Source: a virus (taxonomy: Duplodnaviria > Caudoviricetes). Taken from it: a stretch of DNA of 26,770 nt. The stretch's first letter is position 1. Each line of letters begins with the position of its first letter. The translations under genes and the position numbers were made by a program. The DNA is taken from positions 1-26,770 of IMG/VR virus record IMGVR_UViG_3300009151_000314; one strand, given 5' to 3'. This document shows, in pieces, positions 24,619-26,770 of this stretch. The notes beneath the pieces are model-generated. The model was not told where the DNA came from, did no database searches, and was given only the letters and a program-made list of their open reading frames with translations.

Positions 24619-25218
24619 ATGACACCCTTTGACGCATACGTGATGTATTGCGCGCTTAAGATGCATTTTACTACGAAGGATTATGACTTCATTAAGTACA
24701 ATGGCAAGTTGCGTATCACCAGCGACCATTTTGAAAGGCGCAAAGACAAATACTTCTTTCACAAACTTGCCAAGCGCAAAGATGTAAAAGAGTTTCTTAT
24801 ATCTAATTTTGTATCTAACACCAACCAGACATGGATTGGCGATCTTGTTAATAACTCTTCTACAGAAGACAATTATACAGAATGGAAGAAACGCACTCAA
24901 GCAATTGCGTATTCATTCGAAGAAGATCTCAAGAAGTGCTTGACAAAGTTAGACGACAATGTTATTATAACTGACAATCAACATCCTTTCATGTTGAAGC
25001 TTTTCCTACGAAAGAAGATATCAATCGAGACCCTAATCATTTTAAACGATCTCATAGGATTCTTTTCTCATTGGAATAAGCACTTGCAGGACGATATTAT
25101 TTGGAAGGACATGCATTTACTGTGTGTAAAATATCGCCCATTTTTACAGTATGACAAAGTGAAGATGAAGTCGATTGCTCTCAAAATATTTGCTGATAAG
25201 CAAACAGAGGCGGCATAA
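24619..25218 (+). CDS. 59: helicase loader gp59
   Basis: Y.ALK.HFT...YDF.KY.GK, F..RKDKYFF.KL, ISIETLIIL, KY.PFL; lies before gene 32. Confidence 0.93.
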   Translation: MTPFDAYVMYCALKMHFTTKDYDFIKYNGKLRITSDHFERRKDKYFFHKLAKRKDVKEFLISNFVSNTNQTWIGDLVNNSSTEDNYTEWKKRTQAIAYSFEEDLKKCLTKLDDNVIITDNQHPFMLKLFLRKKISIETLIILNDLIGFFSHWNKHLQDDIIWKDMHLLCVKYRPFLQYDKVKMKSIALKIFADKQTEAA

Positions 25219-25291
25219 ATAGTGAATACATTATGCATACTGTGGATAATAAAAAACATACTAACATACAATTATACAAGGAAATACTAAT

Positions 25292-26203
25292 ATGGTAGAT
25301 TTTGCTACACTCAAGCGTTCATCTAAGAACGATCTCAACAAGCTCACAGAGCAACTCAAGAAACTTAATACCAACGAGTCATCATCAAGCAATGATGATC
25401 GTATGTGGTATCCTGAAGTGGATAAGACAGGCAATGGATATGCTGTTGTTCGCTTTCTACCCGCAGCATTAAATGAAGATGTCCCATTCATTCGTATGTG
25501 GGAGCATGGGTTCAAAGGTCCTACAGGTCAATGGTATATTGAGAACTCACTAACAACGATTGGCAAGCCCGATCCTGTTTCCGAGTACAACACAGAACTT
25601 TGGAATAAGACATCAGACGATAACTCACCCTTGCGTAAGCAAGCACGAGATCAGAAGCGTGGGTTGCGTTATATCTCTAACATCTATGTGGTGAAGGATC
25701 CAGCAAAGCCTCAGAACGAAGGCAAAGTATTCCTGTTCAAGTACGGCAAGAAGATTTTTGACAAGTTGAATGAAGCAATGAATCCTCAGTTTGATGATGA
25801 GAAGCCATTGAATCCTTTTGATCTATGGGAAGGTGCGAACTTCAAGATCAAGATTCGTAATGTAGAAGGTTATCGTAACTATGACAAATCAGAGTTCGAT
25901 GAGCGTGGTCCTCTATCAGATGACGATGCTGATCTAGAGAAGGTTTGGAAGAGCGAACACTCACTACAAGCATTCTTGGATCCTAAGAATTTCAAGGACT
26001 ATGATGTTCTCAAGAAGAAGTTGCACACTGTTCTAGGCCTGTCTCAGCGGGTTGCTGAGGAGGCACAACAGGATCTTCCTCGTGCAGAGGCACCTAAGTT
26101 CAAGGCTGCACCAGCAAAGGTAGAGAAGGAAGAAGAGACTGCATCAGTCGCAGATGAGGACGATGATGATCTTAGCTACTTTAAGAAATTAGCAGACGGT
26201 TAA
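25292..26203 (+). CDS. 32: single-stranded DNA-binding protein gp32
   Basis: DDRMW.P..DK.GNGYAV.RFLP, WYIENSLTT, YGKKIFDK, PFDLW.GANFK.K, acidic tail LSYFKKLA. Confidence 0.97.
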   Translation: MVDFATLKRSSKNDLNKLTEQLKKLNTNESSSSNDDRMWYPEVDKTGNGYAVVRFLPAALNEDVPFIRMWEHGFKGPTGQWYIENSLTTIGKPDPVSEYNTELWNKTSDDNSPLRKQARDQKRGLRYISNIYVVKDPAKPQNEGKVFLFKYGKKIFDKLNEAMNPQFDDEKPLNPFDLWEGANFKIKIRNVEGYRNYDKSEFDERGPLSDDDADLEKVWKSEHSLQAFLDPKNFKDYDVLKKKLHTVLGLSQRVAEEAQQDLPRAEAPKFKAAPAKVEKEEETASVADEDDDDLSYFKKLADG

Positions 26204-26223
26204 CAAACATCTGATGATGTTTT

Positions 26224-26248
26224 AAGGGAGCTTCGGCTCCCTTTTTTT
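26224..26248 (+). terminator. rho-independent terminator with UUCG tetraloop between convergent genes
   Basis: AAGGGAGC-TTCG-GCTCCCTTTTTTT. Confidence 0.9.
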
Positions 26249-26489
26249 ATTGTGCAGGAGGATCGTCTGCAGGACGTCTAGGAGCAAACTTCTCTGCTCC
26301 AGTGATTCCTAATCCTGCCATAACAATATAAGCGACCGCATTGAATACAAAGTCGCTAGGTTGATACTTCCAAAATAGATTAGCAATGAATCCTACGCCA
26401 AGAAGTATAGAAAAGAATACAGTGACACATCGTTTAGATGATGGCATTCCATCAACGTCTTTTAACATGCCTTTGATAAATTCTATCAT
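26247..26489 (-). CDS. small two-TM membrane protein
   Basis: D.DG.PSSKR followed by two hydrophobic helices and EKF; coupled to the upstream gene. Confidence 0.7.
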   Translation of the reverse strand: MIEFIKGMLKDVDGMPSSKRCVTVFFSILLGVGFIANLFWKYQPSDFVFNAVAYIVMAGLGITGAEKFAPRRPADDPPAQ

Positions 26490-26770
26490 ACTGCTGGCGC
26501 ACCAACTCCCATAGGAGGGTCACCTACATTGAAGTATGCGGCAATATGATCTTCTTGTGAATGTGGTGCACCAGGAGATGGAACTCCATATTGTTGCCCC
26601 TGTTTGCCGCTGCCGCCAGCAGATTTAGATGATGATCCTGTAGATGCCATCATTTGACCAGGTGCTGGTGCACCCCCCGCTCGAGCAGGTGCGGGTGCTG
26701 GCGATGCTCCGCTAGATGGTGCTGCAGATGCTCCACCACCGCCGCCGCCACCACCGCCGCCGCCACCACC
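26486..26770 (-). CDS. 3' end of a Gly/Pro/Ala-rich gene running off the window (possible baseplate hub/tail gene)
   Basis: Open minus-strand frame: poly-Gly, ASAAPSSG...DPPMGVGAPAV*; ATGA overlap with 26489. Confidence 0.6.
   Translation of the reverse strand, partial: GGGGGGGGGGGGGASAAPSSGASPAPAPARAGGAPAPGQMMASTGSSSKSAGGSGKQGQQYGVPSPGAPHSQEDHIAAYFNVGDPPMGVGAPAV

Noticed and set aside
811-25515. Minus-strand and alternate-frame ORFs in the track (e.g. 811-1101, 1501-1911, 4616-4924, 15577-15981, 22360-22542)
   Set aside because: They are shadows of well-supported plus-strand genes or the tmRNA, with no RBS or motifs.
26733-26770. CCG/CCA trinucleotide repeat
   Set aside because: It encodes a poly-Gly linker of the minus-strand gene.

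Overview
This is a 26.8-kb fragment of a T4-like myophage genome. Core T4-type genes are present (gp61 primase, gp33, gp59, gp32, a DenA-like GIY-YIG nuclease, several TATAAATA late promoters), along with a class II B12-dependent ribonucleotide reductase. An overlapping spanin pair indicates a Gram-negative host. The permuted tmRNA and the PlcP-like gene suggest Alphaproteobacteria (inference). Layout: virion fibre and internal-head genes (1-6585); lysis-like genes (6575-7558); primase to RNR (7622-12317); a late-promoter-led cluster of putative protein-modifying enzymes (RimI-like GNAT, Bpt/ATE-like aminoacyl-tRNA protein transferase, HExxE metallopeptidase-like protein, FkbM methyltransferase; 12351-14739); an early region built on three copies of an IHF-site + sigma70 promoter cassette (16286-19258); an Alt-like ADP-ribosyltransferase; DUF932; a two-piece tmRNA (tag ANDSNYEMALAA); and the gp33-gp59-gp32 block. 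The most striking theme is a possible phage-encoded ribosome-rescue and proteolysis-control toolkit: tmRNA, an uncalled ArfA-like peptide, N-terminus-modifying enzymes and C-terminal -AA ends. All family calls come from motif recognition by eye; no searches were run.
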